NCBI GenBank assembly: GCA_000999715.1
Contig: LCGL01000004.1
Location: 44,289 to 108,288 of the forward strand
DNA length: 64,000 nucleotides
Origin: Candidatus Falkowbacteria bacterium GW2011_GWF2_43_32
Lineage (GTDB): Bacteria > Patescibacteriota > Patescibacteriia > Patescibacteriales > UBA12465
Direction: 5' to 3'
In this document: in pieces, positions 53,128-64,000 of the stretch
Layout: each line of letters begins with the position of its first letter
Numbering within the stretch: position 1 is the stretch's first letter
Notes under the pieces: model-generated
Told to the model about the DNA's origin: nothing
The model's database searches: none
What the model saw: only the letters and a program-made list of their open reading frames with translations
Position numbers and translations under genes: made by a program

Positions 53128-55767
53128 TTATCTATTTACTTTCATCACCACCGCTTCTTTTTCGCCCAGATCAATTTTAACTTTATCGCCTTCTTTGATT
53201 TTGCCCTCAATGATTTCCAGCGCCAATTCGTCCAAAATCATGGTTTGAATGATACGCTTCAAAGGCCGGGCGCCATAAGTGATGTCGTAGCCTTTATCCG
53301 CCAGCAATTTTTTGATTTTCGGACTGATTTTGATGGCGATATTTTTATTGCCCAAACGTTTCTCCACTTTCAACAATTCCAAATCGACGATTTTTTCCAA
53401 GGCTCCCGGAGTCAGGCTTTGGAATAAGACAATTTCGTCAATCCGGTTCAAGAATTCCAACTTGAAATGATTTTTTAGAATTTTATCTATTTTTTCTTTC
53501 ATTTCTTCGGCGCGCATTTTAACCGCTTGGTTTTTGTCGCCGGCGTCGGCGAAACCGATGGAGTATTGTTTGATGATTTCGTTGCCCAGATTGGAAGTCA
53601 TGATGACAATCGTATTTTTGAAATTGACCGTGCGACCCTTGGAATCGGTTAAACGGCCGTCATCCAAAATTTGAAGCAACATGTTGAACATATCCGGATG
53701 AGCTTTTTCCACTTCGTCAAACAAGACGACCGAATAAGGATGCCGGCGAATCTGTTCGGTCAGTTGTCCGCCTTCGTCATGGCCGACATATCCCGGAGGC
53801 GAGCCGATCAGTTTGGCGACCGAGTGTTTTTCCATAAATTCGCTCATGTCCAGACGGATGAGCGCTTTTTCGTCATCAAACATGAAACGGGCCAAGGCTT
53901 TGGCCAGCTCGGTTTTGCCGACGCCGGTCGGACCGACGAACAGGAAAGAGCCGATCGGTTTTTTTTCTTCGTTAATGCCGGCGCGAGAACGGCGCAGGGC
54001 ATTGGCGACCGCTTTGATCGCTTCGTCCTGGCCGACGACTTCTTTATTCAATTCACTTTCGGCATCGCTCAGTCTTTTGATTTCATCCTGCAGCATTTTA
54101 TTGACGGGAATGCCGGTCCAACGGGCCACGACTCGGGCGATATCTTCTTCGTCCACTTCTTCTTTCAAAATTCGTTGACCTTTTTTCTGGATTTTCAACA
54201 AGGCGGTTTGCGCTTCTTGAATCTTTTTTTCCAATTCCGGAATCAGGCTGTAACGGATTTTGGCCACTTCCGTCAGATCGGCGCCTTGGCGTTGAGAAAT
54301 TTCCGCTTTGATTTTCAAGTCTTCTATTTCTTTTTTGGATACGCGGATTTGGGAAATGATGTTTTTTTCGTTATTCCAATGCAATTCCAATTGGTCGGCT
54401 TTTTCTCGCAATTTGGCCAATTCGGCATTCAGCGTTCTCAGTTTCGGAGATTTTTTGTCTGCGGTCATCAAACCGGCCCGGTTCAATTCCAATTGTTTTA
54501 TTTTGCGTTTTAATTGATCCAATTCATCCGGCATGGAATCGATTTCCATGCGCAGGGAAGAGGTCGCTTCGTCTATCAAATCAACGGCCTTGTCCGGCAG
54601 AAAACGATCGCTGATATAGCGGTTGGACAATTTGGCGGCGGCAATGAGGGCGTCGTCGGTAATGCGAACACCATGATGGACTTCATATTTTTCCTTGAGT
54701 CCGCGCAACATATCGACCGTATCGTCCAAGCTCGGTTCGTTGACGTAAATCGGCTGGAAACGGCGTTCCAGGGCGGCGTCTTTTTCAATGTATTTTTGAT
54801 ATTCTTTAGTGGTGGTGGCGCCGATGGTGCGCAATTCGCCGCGAGCCAGCGCGGGTTTCAGCATATTGGAAGCATCCATGGAGCCTTCGGAAGCGCCGGC
54901 GCCGATTAAGGTATGGAGTTCGTCAATGAACAGGATAATTCGGCCGTTTTGCGCTTTGACTTCTTTCAAAACGGCTTTCAGGCGGTCTTCAAATTCGCCG
55001 CGAAATTTGGCGCCGGCAACCAGCGCGCCCAAATCAAGCGTCACGATTTCTTTTCTTTTTAAATTTTCCGGCACGTCGCCGGCGATGATTCTTTGCGCCA
55101 GACCTTCCACGATAGCGGTTTTGCCGGTACCGGCTTCGCCGATCAGAACCGGATTGTTTTTGGTGCGGCGGAGCAAGACTTGCATGATGCGACGCACTTC
55201 CTGGTCGCGGCCGACGACCGGATCCAATTTTTCTTGTCGCGCCAACTCGGTCAGATTGGTCGTGTATTTTTCCAAGACACGAAATTTGTTTTCCGGGAAA
55301 GGATCGTTGATCGTTTGATTGCCGCGCAGTTCTTTCAAGATGTTTTTCACGGCTTGATATTCTACTTTAAAGTCCAGCAAAACGCTTTGCGCCGGCGAGG
55401 AAACGCCGATGAGCGCCAAAAGGATATGTTCGGTGGAGATATATTCGTCGTTCAAGCCGTCGGCTTCTTTTTGGGCGCGCTCCAGAATCAGCGCGGTTTC
55501 GGCCGTGCCGGAAACGGCTTGCACCGGACCGGTTTGAACATTGATTCGGACGCGCGGCAATTTTTGAATGGCTCTGACGGCATGATCTTCAATCCGATCC
55601 GGATCTATTTTCATTTTTTCCAAAACCGGCTTGATCAAGCTCTCATTTTGTTGGAGTAAGGCCAGCAGAATATGCACCGCTTCAATATTTGTTTGACCGT
55701 GAGCGGAGGCAATCATTTGCGCGTTGATAATCGCTTCTTGCGATTTGTCCGTAAATTTATTGAACAT
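53128..55767 (-). CDS. clpB: Disaggregase ClpB
   Basis: Two AAA+ modules, coiled-coil M domain, GSPPGYVG; CIRCE upstream. Confidence 0.96.
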   Translation of the reverse strand: MFNKFTDKSQEAIINAQMIASAHGQTNIEAVHILLALLQQNESLIKPVLEKMKIDPDRIEDHAVRAIQKLPRVRINVQTGPVQAVSGTAETALILERAQKEADGLNDEYISTEHILLALIGVSSPAQSVLLDFKVEYQAVKNILKELRGNQTINDPFPENKFRVLEKYTTNLTELARQEKLDPVVGRDQEVRRIMQVLLRRTKNNPVLIGEAGTGKTAIVEGLAQRIIAGDVPENLKRKEIVTLDLGALVAGAKFRGEFEDRLKAVLKEVKAQNGRIILFIDELHTLIGAGASEGSMDASNMLKPALARGELRTIGATTTKEYQKYIEKDAALERRFQPIYVNEPSLDDTVDMLRGLKEKYEVHHGVRITDDALIAAAKLSNRYISDRFLPDKAVDLIDEATSSLRMEIDSMPDELDQLKRKIKQLELNRAGLMTADKKSPKLRTLNAELAKLREKADQLELHWNNEKNIISQIRVSKKEIEDLKIKAEISQRQGADLTEVAKIRYSLIPELEKKIQEAQTALLKIQKKGQRILKEEVDEEDIARVVARWTGIPVNKMLQDEIKRLSDAESELNKEVVGQDEAIKAVANALRRSRAGINEEKKPIGSFLFVGPTGVGKTELAKALARFMFDDEKALIRLDMSEFMEKHSVAKLIGSPPGYVGHDEGGQLTEQIRRHPYSVVLFDEVEKAHPDMFNMLLQILDDGRLTDSKGRTVNFKNTIVIMTSNLGNEIIKQYSIGFADAGDKNQAVKMRAEEMKEKIDKILKNHFKLEFLNRIDEIVLFQSLTPGALEKIVDLELLKVEKRLGNKNIAIKISPKIKKLLADKGYDITYGARPLKRIIQTMILDELALEIIEGKIKEGDKVKIDLGEKEAVVMKVNR

Positions 55768-55840
55768 ATTTTACCAAATTAATTATTTAAAAATCGTTTA
55801 CTTTTTTGCCAAAGTTATTGGTTGGCAAAACGTTTACTTT

Positions 55841-55867
55841 TTAGCAGTCCCGTTAAGAGAGTGCTAA
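55841..55867 (-). promoter_or_regulatory. CIRCE element upstream of clpB
   Basis: TTAGCAGTC-N9-GAGTGCTAA (one mismatch). Confidence 0.92.
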
Positions 55868-56044
55868 GCTTATGATAATATAGGACGGAGAAAGTGTAAA
55901 TATTGACAGTTTATTTTTTATGTGTCGTTGCGGCCAAACAACTAATTCGGATTGCGGTCGATTGTTTGATTATTTTTCTTGGATAATTGACGCATGAATC
56001 GTCTTTCGGCTGTTGGTTTTTTTATTTTATGCTATAATAATCTT

Positions 56045-56407
56045 ATGATTAATCATAATTTTTTCACTTACGCCGGTAAAATTATCGGTCAAATTTTAGG
56101 AGAAATTTTGTATTTCCCGGTTTGGTGGTATACGGTCGGTTTCGCGCGTACCGCTAAGGGCGGTTGGCGTTTTTGGCGCGGTCGGGAAAGCTCTCTCGGT
56201 TTCGGCGTTTGGGTGAAAAATATTTTTGTGCCGATGTACGGCCAGCGCGATTTAGCCAGCCGGTTAATCAGTTTTGTCATGCGTTTGGTGCAGATAATTT
56301 ATCGCGGCGCGATTTTGTTGTTTTGGTTGGTGTTGATTTTGTTGTTTCTGGTTCTTTGGTTGGCCGGACCGATATTGTTATTGTTGGCGCTGGCTTTTCA
56401 AATTTGA
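56045..56407 (+). CDS. Hypothetical membrane protein
   Basis: YFPVWWY..NIFVPMYGQ followed by hydrophobic helices; ATG 56045. Confidence 0.8.
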   Translation: MINHNFFTYAGKIIGQILGEILYFPVWWYTVGFARTAKGGWRFWRGRESSLGFGVWVKNIFVPMYGQRDLASRLISFVMRLVQIIYRGAILLFWLVLILLFLVLWLAGPILLLLALAFQI

Positions 56408-56456
56408 CCCGGGTCGTCATCATAAATTCTTAGAATCGTTTTTAAATTTCTAAAAT

Positions 56457-59156
56457 ATGTCCGAAATGTCTTCAGAAAAGTTGACTTTTACCGAAGAGCA
56501 GAATGTCGGCGGTCGCGGCGTTTGGTTTTTGGGACGATTTTTATTTTGGGGCCGGCCGTTCAAGAAGACTTTGATCGGCTTGGCCAGAGCCAGTCGGAAA
56601 ATTAATTTCTTTTTATCTTTTTTGCGTTGGTTGATTATTTTTGCCGGTTGGGCGGCTTTCGGTTATTGGTTGTTTTTACATCAGGCGTTGTGGATTGAAA
56701 ATCCCGTCAGGCTGTTGTTTTTTTGGCGCACGCCCGATATTTTAATTTTCATTTTTTTGTTTTCTCTCTGGTTTGATTTATTCTCCGTCTATGAATCCAG
56801 CCAAACCAAGGCGGCCGTCAAGAAAATCAAGCGTTCGGATTTTGATCGGGAAGGGGATAAAAAGAAAAAGTTGCGGCGAGGCGGCAAAAAATACGAAGTG
56901 GCGAACGCTTATGCGCCGGAAACGTGGCGAGCGGTTGAAGACGCATATTTGTTGGCGGCGCGTCTGCGTCAGACCGAGACCTCGGTTATTCACCTTTTCC
57001 GAGTGTTGTTGAAAGATAAAAAAATTCAAAATTTATTTATTCGTTTGGATGCGGATGTCAAAAAATTGGTGGAATTGGTGGATCGTCATTTATTGTCGCC
57101 CGAAAAAACGGAGTTTAAAGGCCGAAGCGCTTTATCGCCGGTTTTGCAAGAAGTTTTGGTTTTGGCTTTCGTCAACGCTTACGAACTGCGACAGGATAGC
57201 GTTGATGTTTTGAATGTGGTTTCTTTTTGCGCCGGCAAAGATCCGGTTCTTCGGGAAATTCTGTATGAATTGGAAATTGACGAAGATAAAATCAACAATA
57301 CCGTCGCTTGGTTTCGGGTCAATCGCCGCTTGGCGGAGAGTTATCGGTCTTACAGCCGTTCGGCTTTGTTAAAACCGGGCAACAATATGAATCGTTCTTA
57401 TACCGCCATCGCCACGCCGACTTTGGATCATTTTTCGCATGATTTGACCGTGCGGGCGAAATACGGAGATTTAAATATTTGCGTCGGCCGAAAAAGAGAA
57501 ATTTCTTCCATTTTTGAAGCTTTTTCCGGCGGCCATAACGGCGTTTTGTTGGTCGGTCCGGTCGGCGTCGGCAAGAGCGCCATTATCGACGGCTTGGCGC
57601 AATTGATGGTGGAAGAAAACGTGCCGGATTTTTTCAAAGACCGGCGCTTGGTGGAGTTGGACGTTTCGCGTTTGTTGGCCGGAGCCGCTCCGGCCGAAGC
57701 GCAGGAAAGATTATTGCTCAGTTTGAACGAAGTGAGCCGTTCGGGCAATATTATCTTATATATTGATAACATTGAAAATTTGATCGGCATCAGCGGCGGT
57801 GCCGAAGAAAGTTTGGATATCTCCGAAGTTTTGGCCGAAGCGATCGGGCGCAGAAATTTATATTGTCTGGCGGCGGCCACCACGGAAAATTATGCGCGGT
57901 ATATTGAAAACAAGGCGATCGGCAATGTCATGACGACGGTCGCGGTCAAAGAACCGGAAACCAACGAAGCGATTCAAATTTTGGAAAGCAAGGTGGGACT
58001 TTTAGAATCAAAATATGACATTTATATCGTCTACGGCGCTTTGGAAGCGGCCGTAACCATGTCCGATCGTTATTTGCATGATAAATTTTTGCCGTTCAAA
58101 GCTCTGGACTTATTGGAAAAAGCGGCCATCATTACCGGCAAGAACGCGCGGAATAATCCGGAAAAAAGTTTTTGCGGTCGGGAAGAGGTGGCCGCGGCCA
58201 TCAGTGAAATTACCGGTATTCCGGCCAGCAAAGCCAGCTTGTCGGAGGGTCAGAAACTTTTAAATTTGGAAGATGAAATTCATCAGCGCTTGGTCGATCA
58301 AGAAGAAGCGGTCCGAGCGGTGGCGGCCAGTTTGCGTCGCGCGCGCGCCGAAATGAAAGACAGCAAGCGGCCGATCGCCAGTTTCTTGTTTTTGGGACCG
58401 ACCGGCGTCGGTAAAACGGAATTGGCCAAATCAGTCAGCCAAGTTTATTTCGGCGATGAAGATTACTTGATTCGTTTGGATATGAGCGAATATCAAGACA
58501 CGGGCAGTGTGCGGAAAATGATCGGTGACGTGGACGGGACGCTCGGCTACTTGATCGAAGCGGTCCGCAAAAAACCTTTTTCCTTGATTTTGTTGGATGA
58601 AATCGAAAAAGCCAATCCCGATATTCTGAATTTGTTTTTACAATTATTGGATGACGGACGCTTGACCGACGGTCAGGGGCGAACGATCAGTTTTGCCGAA
58701 TCCATCATTATCGCCACTTCCAATATCGGCGCCGTTTATATTCAAGAGCAGATTGTCGTCAAAACGCCGCTTAATGTCATCAAACAGGGCTTGATCGATC
58801 AAGAGTTGAATAAATATTTGCGTCCGGAATTGATCAATCGGTTTGACGGAATTATTGTTTTCAAACCTTTGAGCGAAGAAGACGTTTTTGCCATCGCGAC
58901 TTTGATGCTGAAAAAAATCAAGAAGAATTTGGCGGCCAAGGGTATCGGCCTGAAGGCCGATAAGGACGGCGTGACCATTTTGGCGCACGAGGGCTATGAT
59001 CCGAAATTCGGCGCTCGTCCTTTGCGGCGCTTGTTGCAGGACAGAGTGGAAAATCCCATCGCCAATAAAATTTTGGCCGGAGAGCTGAAGCGTCGCGATA
59101 CGATTGTCATTAACAATCGGGCGGAAATAGAAGTGGACCAAGGAAAAGAATTGTAA
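56457..59156 (+). CDS. Membrane-anchored ClpA/B-like AAA+ ATPase
   Basis: Two N-terminal TM segments, Clp-N repeats, GPVGVGKS and GPTGVGKT Walker A motifs, FGARPLRR. Confidence 0.9.
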   Translation: MSEMSSEKLTFTEEQNVGGRGVWFLGRFLFWGRPFKKTLIGLARASRKINFFLSFLRWLIIFAGWAAFGYWLFLHQALWIENPVRLLFFWRTPDILIFIFLFSLWFDLFSVYESSQTKAAVKKIKRSDFDREGDKKKKLRRGGKKYEVANAYAPETWRAVEDAYLLAARLRQTETSVIHLFRVLLKDKKIQNLFIRLDADVKKLVELVDRHLLSPEKTEFKGRSALSPVLQEVLVLAFVNAYELRQDSVDVLNVVSFCAGKDPVLREILYELEIDEDKINNTVAWFRVNRRLAESYRSYSRSALLKPGNNMNRSYTAIATPTLDHFSHDLTVRAKYGDLNICVGRKREISSIFEAFSGGHNGVLLVGPVGVGKSAIIDGLAQLMVEENVPDFFKDRRLVELDVSRLLAGAAPAEAQERLLLSLNEVSRSGNIILYIDNIENLIGISGGAEESLDISEVLAEAIGRRNLYCLAAATTENYARYIENKAIGNVMTTVAVKEPETNEAIQILESKVGLLESKYDIYIVYGALEAAVTMSDRYLHDKFLPFKALDLLEKAAIITGKNARNNPEKSFCGREEVAAAISEITGIPASKASLSEGQKLLNLEDEIHQRLVDQEEAVRAVAASLRRARAEMKDSKRPIASFLFLGPTGVGKTELAKSVSQVYFGDEDYLIRLDMSEYQDTGSVRKMIGDVDGTLGYLIEAVRKKPFSLILLDEIEKANPDILNLFLQLLDDGRLTDGQGRTISFAESIIIATSNIGAVYIQEQIVVKTPLNVIKQGLIDQELNKYLRPELINRFDGIIVFKPLSEEDVFAIATLMLKKIKKNLAAKGIGLKADKDGVTILAHEGYDPKFGARPLRRLLQDRVENPIANKILAGELKRRDTIVINNRAEIEVDQGKEL

Positions 59157-59263
59157 GACGAGGTGCGGAACGGATGGAAGTGCGAAATAAAGAGCGGATT
59201 AACTAAAAAAGCGGATTGAATATTAGCAGTTATCAATAATCAAAAAGTTTAAATTCGGCGGCT

Positions 59264-60835
59264 ATGTTTTACTTCGGAGTTTTTATAGCGGTTTTGGCTT
59301 TAACGGCGATTCTCACTTTATTGGTCAGAAGAATCGCTCTTTATTTTGAAATTCTGGACAAACCGGATCAAGGGATTTTGTCCGCCAGAAAAATTCATCG
59401 ACGGGCAACGCCGCTTTTGGGCGGGGTGGCGATTTTTATCGGTTATTTTGCCGGTCTTTTTTTCTTTTGGGAACGGTTTTTGTCCGGTGATCTTCATTGG
59501 CGACATTTAATCGGTTTTGCCGTCGGCGCTTTATTGATCATTATCGGCGGCATTTTGGACGACAAATATAATTTGCGGCCGCGCCGACAAATTATTTTTC
59601 CGCTCTTGGCTATCGTCGCGCTGATTTTGGGCGGCGTGGAAATCGCCAAAATCACCAATCCTTTCGGCGGATTTTTGGATTTGCAATCTTTGTTCTTTAT
59701 CTCGCCGCTTTTGATCGCCCTTTGGCTTTTGGGCATGATGTATACGACCAAATTATTGGATGGCGTGGACGGATTGGTTTCGGGCGTGAGCGTAATCGGC
59801 GGATTCATTATTTTTTTATTTACTTTAACGACACGGTATTATCAGCCCGACATCGCTTTGGCGGCAATTCTTTTTGCCGGCGCTTGCACCGGCTTTTTGA
59901 TTTTTAACTGGCATCCGGCGAAAATTTTTTTGGGCGAAGGCGGCTCTTTGTTGTTGGGTTATATCTTGGGGGTTTTAGCCGTTATTTCCGGCGGCAAAAT
60001 CGCCATTGCGCTTTTAATCATGGGTATTCCGGTTTTGGATGTCGCCTGGACGATTATTCGCCGTTTGTTGAAGAAAAAAAATCCTTTTCGTTTCGCCGAT
60101 CGGGAACATCTGCATCATCGTTTGTTGGCCTTGGGATTGAGTCAAAGAAAAACGGTGTTGGTTTTTTATTTTTTATCCCTTACTTTCGGATTGAGCGGTT
60201 TGTTTTTGCAAAGCCGCGGCAAATTTTGGGCCTTGATTATTTTAACGGTCATTATGCTCGCGCTGGTCATCAGTTTTTGGTATCTTGATCGGCGCCGGGA
60301 AAAAAATAAACCGAAGTTATTGTTGCACATTTGTTGCGCTCCTTGCGGTACCTATATCAGTCGCGATCGTCTGGCGGCAAAATATGATTTGACTTGGTAT
60401 TTTTATAATTCCAATTTGAATACTCGGGCGGAATATGACAAGCGCCTTTATTATGTGGAGATGATGGCGAAGAAATTTAATTTTTCTTTGCTGGTCGAAC
60501 CTTATGAGCATGCGGCCTGGCAAGAAAAGACTGCCGGCCATGCCGCCGATCCGGAACGCGGCGCGCGGTGTTTGATTTGTTATCGCGATCGTTTGGAAAA
60601 AACGGCTCGCTTGGCAAAAGAGCGGGGCTTTGATCTTTTCGGCACGACTTTGTTGGTCAGTCCTTATAAAGACAGCGCCGCCATTCGGTCCATCAGCCGT
60701 AATTTAGCCAAGGAATTCGGTATTGAATTTTTAGATGAAGATTTTCAGGCCGCTGACGGTTATCGTCGCTCGCAGGAAGTGGCTAAAGAGCTGGGTCTTT
60801 ATCGTCAAAAATATTGCGGTTGCGAATATTCTTAA
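59264..60835 (+). CDS. WecA/TagO (MraY-like GT4) phosphoglycosyltransferase fused to epoxyqueuosine reductase QueH
   Basis: GILDD, LDGVDGL, FLGEGGS and DREHLHH motifs, then LLLHICCAPC, RCLICY and YRQKYCGC. Confidence 0.88.
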   Translation: MFYFGVFIAVLALTAILTLLVRRIALYFEILDKPDQGILSARKIHRRATPLLGGVAIFIGYFAGLFFFWERFLSGDLHWRHLIGFAVGALLIIIGGILDDKYNLRPRRQIIFPLLAIVALILGGVEIAKITNPFGGFLDLQSLFFISPLLIALWLLGMMYTTKLLDGVDGLVSGVSVIGGFIIFLFTLTTRYYQPDIALAAILFAGACTGFLIFNWHPAKIFLGEGGSLLLGYILGVLAVISGGKIAIALLIMGIPVLDVAWTIIRRLLKKKNPFRFADREHLHHRLLALGLSQRKTVLVFYFLSLTFGLSGLFLQSRGKFWALIILTVIMLALVISFWYLDRRREKNKPKLLLHICCAPCGTYISRDRLAAKYDLTWYFYNSNLNTRAEYDKRLYYVEMMAKKFNFSLLVEPYEHAAWQEKTAGHAADPERGARCLICYRDRLEKTARLAKERGFDLFGTTLLVSPYKDSAAIRSISRNLAKEFGIEFLDEDFQAADGYRRSQEVAKELGLYRQKYCGCEYS

Positions 60836-60841
60836 AATAAA

Positions 60842-61540
60842 ATGATCATAAAAATGTTTAAAACTATTTTTTCTGGCTTGGCCGTTTTGGCTATAGTTTT
60901 TTTGTTCGCGAAAGGTGTTGCCGCACAAGTAGCGACGGATACCGACGGCGACGGTTATAACGATGAAGTGGAATTAGCGCACGGATATTCGCCGTATAAT
61001 GCGGAGCCGGTAAAAATTGAAGAGAGTGATGCGGACGGCGACGGATTAAGCGATTATTGGGAATTGAAATTTAAGACCGACGCTTTAAATGCGGATTCCG
61101 ACGGCGATACTTATTTGGACGGACGGGAAGTGGATTATGCTTTCGATCCTTTATCGTCAACCGCGGAAAGATTGCCGCGGCGAATTGAACTTGATTTGAA
61201 AAATCAGCAATTGGTTTATTTGGTGGCCGAACAGCCTTGGAAAAGTTTTACGGTATCTACGGGCAAACCGAGCATGCCGACAGCCACGGGCACTTTCAAA
61301 ATCATCAATAAGATCGAGAAAGCCTGGTCCGGCACTTATAAGCTGTGGATGCCGTATTGGTTGGGTTTGGGAAACGGCAGTTTCGGCATTCATGAACTAC
61401 CGATTTGGCCGAGCGGTTATCGCGAAGGCGAAGATCATCTTGGTCAGCCGGTTTCGCACGGTTGCATCCGTTTGGGGATTGGCGCGGCGCAATATGTATA
61501 TGATCGGATGGATGTCGGCTCGGAAGTGATAATAAGATAA
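60842..61540 (+). CDS. L,D-transpeptidase with Ca-binding DxDxDG repeats
   Basis: GIHE..SHGCIRL; DTDGDG, DADGDG and DSDGD repeats; signal peptide. Confidence 0.92.
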   Translation: MIIKMFKTIFSGLAVLAIVFLFAKGVAAQVATDTDGDGYNDEVELAHGYSPYNAEPVKIEESDADGDGLSDYWELKFKTDALNADSDGDTYLDGREVDYAFDPLSSTAERLPRRIELDLKNQQLVYLVAEQPWKSFTVSTGKPSMPTATGTFKIINKIEKAWSGTYKLWMPYWLGLGNGSFGIHELPIWPSGYREGEDHLGQPVSHGCIRLGIGAAQYVYDRMDVGSEVIIR

Positions 61541-61588
61541 AAATATGATATAATTTAAAAAATGGAAAACCAAGTAAGTTTTTATTTT

Positions 61589-63955
61589 ATGTTACAAAAA
61601 TTTTTGAAATTATCCCTGATTTTATCGGTCACGGCGATTTTGGTCGGCGGCTGTTCTTTGCCTTCGTCAAAAAAGGCGGTCGCGCCGGCAGAAACTGCTC
61701 CGATCGTCGAAACGGCGCCGACAACGGAAGCGCCCAGCACCAATCGCTTGAAGAAATTTAACGATTATGACGAATTGGCCCAGTTCCTGATTGACAATAT
61801 TAATCCGGAAACGGTGTCCATTTCGAATACTCGCGAGTCGGCCGCTAGCGCCGGAGCGATTAAATCTTTAGCGTTGACGGCCGCGCCGCCGGCTGTTCCC
61901 GGTTCGACTGCCGCCGATATGCCGACGACCGACAGTTCCGTGCCGAACAATTCTTTGGATTATTCCGCCACCAATGTTCAAGTCGCCGGAGTGGACGAAG
62001 CCGATATCATCAAAACCGACGGTGTTTATATTTACGCCTTAGTCAAAAATGAATTGTCAATTATCAAGGCGACGCCGGCGAATGAAGCTCAAGTCGTCAG
62101 TAAAATCACTTTTCAGTCGCGGCCGCAGGATATTTTGATCAATGATAATTTTTTGGCGGTTTTCGGCAGTAACGATCAAATTCGTCGGGAGCCTTTTTAT
62201 CGGGATTTTCGTCGTCAAAATTCCTATACTTTTTTTAAAGTGTTCGATATTTCCAATCCGGTCAGTCCGCGGGCGGTACGCGATTTGAATTTTGAAGGTT
62301 CTTATTATGATGCCCGCTTGATCGGTGACTATGTTTATTTTCTGACCAATACTCCCGGCAATTATATCGCCGACGAACCGCTTTTGCCGCGCGTTTTGGA
62401 AAACGGACAAGTGCTGGCCACGAAATGCGACGCGACGCTTAAATGTTTCGCGCCGGATGTTTATTATTTTGATATTCCTTACGATTCTCAAAGTTTCTTG
62501 AACATTACCGCCATTAACATCGTCAATAACGCGGAAGCGATCGGCGGCCAAGCTTATTTAATCAGCCACAGTCAGAATCTTTATGTTTCGCAGAATAATA
62601 TTTACATCACTTACACGCAATATTTGAGCGAATATGAATTGGAGCAGGAAGTGAAGCAAGAATTGATTTTTTCCGAATTGTCCGACAGCGATCAGAATAA
62701 AATTACGGCTATTCAAGCGGCGCCCGGATTTGTGTTGAATAAAAACGAGAAAAAATATAAAGTGGCGCAAATCATCGATCGATATTGGAATTCTCTTGAC
62801 GCGGCGGCGCGTGCGGTTCTGGATAAACAGATTGATGCCGGTTTGGAAAAAAAATTGACCGAGAAAGCCAAAGACATGGAAAAAACCATTATTCATAAAA
62901 TTGCCGTCAGCGGTCGCAAAATTGAATATCGGGCGATGGGTGAAGTCCCCGGGCAACTTTTGAATCAGTTTTCCATGGATGAAAACGGCGCTTATTTCCG
63001 CGTAGCCACGACGCGTAATCCGCAAAACTCCCGTTTGTCGACCGCGACCGCGGACTCTTATAATAATATTTATGTTCTGGATGCCAATTTGAAAATTGTC
63101 GGCAGTTTGAGCAACCTGGCCACGGCGGAAAAAATTTATGCCGTGCGGTTTATCGGTAATCGCGCCTATTTGGTCACGTTTAAACAGATTGATCCTTTGT
63201 TCGTGATTGATTTGACCGATCCGAAGAAGCCGGCGGTTTTGGGCGCCGTTAAAGTGCCGGGATTTTCCAATTATCTTCATCCGGTCGATAAAGACGGCAA
63301 TCAGTTGATCGGTTTGGGACGGGAAGCGGAAGAAACGGACAGCGGCGGCGTTAAAATCAAAGGGCTCAAATTATCTTTATTCGATTTTACCGATTTGAAA
63401 AATCCCAAAGAACTGGACAGCTATTTGATCGGCGACGCCAGCAGCGATTCCATCGCTCTTTACGATCATAAAGCTTTCTTGTACGCTCCGGAGAAAAAAA
63501 TATTGTCTTTGCCGGCGACGCTTTATGAAAACGGTCGCTTGTCTTTCTCCGGCGCCTTGGTCTTCACTTTGGAAAATAACCAGCTCGCGTTGCAGGGGAG
63601 AATCGATCATTCGGTCGGCGGTTATTTTTCCCAGAACGATTATTGGAGCGGTTTCAGTTATCGCGACAATACCGTCAAGCGCAGTTTGTATATCGGCAAT
63701 CAGTTGTATACCTTGTCCAATAAATTTTTAAAGATTAACGATTTGACCGCTTTGACCGAAACGAAGAGTCTGGAGTTGACTGTCGGAGGCGATGATTATA
63801 TCATTACGTCGCCGGCCGCGGTTGAACCGATCGCCGAGATGCCGGTCGAGGCCGAAGGGACGGAAGTTCCGGAGGACCTGGTTGCTCCCGAGGAAGCCGC
63901 CGAGATTCCCGCGGAGACCCCGGAAGCTCCTGAAGAAACGGCCGCGCCCATTTAG
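61589..63955 (+). CDS. Secreted beta-propeller-domain lipoprotein
   Basis: Lipobox VGGC, TNVQVAGVDEADIIKTDG, DPLFVIDL and PGFSNYLHP motifs (alternative start 61562). Confidence 0.88.
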   Translation: MLQKFLKLSLILSVTAILVGGCSLPSSKKAVAPAETAPIVETAPTTEAPSTNRLKKFNDYDELAQFLIDNINPETVSISNTRESAASAGAIKSLALTAAPPAVPGSTAADMPTTDSSVPNNSLDYSATNVQVAGVDEADIIKTDGVYIYALVKNELSIIKATPANEAQVVSKITFQSRPQDILINDNFLAVFGSNDQIRREPFYRDFRRQNSYTFFKVFDISNPVSPRAVRDLNFEGSYYDARLIGDYVYFLTNTPGNYIADEPLLPRVLENGQVLATKCDATLKCFAPDVYYFDIPYDSQSFLNITAINIVNNAEAIGGQAYLISHSQNLYVSQNNIYITYTQYLSEYELEQEVKQELIFSELSDSDQNKITAIQAAPGFVLNKNEKKYKVAQIIDRYWNSLDAAARAVLDKQIDAGLEKKLTEKAKDMEKTIIHKIAVSGRKIEYRAMGEVPGQLLNQFSMDENGAYFRVATTRNPQNSRLSTATADSYNNIYVLDANLKIVGSLSNLATAEKIYAVRFIGNRAYLVTFKQIDPLFVIDLTDPKKPAVLGAVKVPGFSNYLHPVDKDGNQLIGLGREAEETDSGGVKIKGLKLSLFDFTDLKNPKELDSYLIGDASSDSIALYDHKAFLYAPEKKILSLPATLYENGRLSFSGALVFTLENNQLALQGRIDHSVGGYFSQNDYWSGFSYRDNTVKRSLYIGNQLYTLSNKFLKINDLTALTETKSLELTVGGDDYIITSPAAVEPIAEMPVEAEGTEVPEDLVAPEEAAEIPAETPEAPEETAAPI

Positions 63956-64000
63956 TTCGCCTATTTTATTTTATTATGAAATTTCAACGTTTGATTCCGT

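Noticed and set aside
55790-55845. Duplicated CGTTTACTTTTT flanking a TTTTGCCAA/TTGGCAAAA hairpin in the clpB leader
   Set aside because: Two short copies only; may be leader structure, but no function can be supported

Overview
Chromosomal window from what is most likely a Patescibacteria (CPR, Parcubacteria-like) bacterium. This is inferred from gene content and AT-rich leaders without Shine-Dalgarno motifs. The backbone is housekeeping: dnaK/dnaJ, tatD, a complete F1Fo ATP synthase operon with a Na+-type c-subunit signature, CIRCE-controlled groESL and clpB, miaB/miaA, gatB, a dTMP-synthesis operon, glycosyltransferases, murA, recR, dnaB, three tRNAs and def/fmt. The main discovery is an integrase-less, integron-like gene-cassette array between atpC and uppP (~11140-16935). 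Its attC-like sites are non-canonical, and its cassettes carry their own 22-27 bp terminal inverted repeats with a conserved 2-nt mismatch. The cargo is four NUDIX hydrolases, two nucleases, Fic and DUF202. One attC-like site appears to be split by an HNH gene. Other highlights: a RelE/BECR-like gene with a convergent hairpin small RNA between dnaK and dnaJ, a tRNA-Glu 3'-end duplicate carrying a structured insert in the T-loop, a WecA/TagO-QueH fusion, and a membrane-anchored Clp ATPase. All calls were made by eye from the sequence and ORF track; no searches were run.
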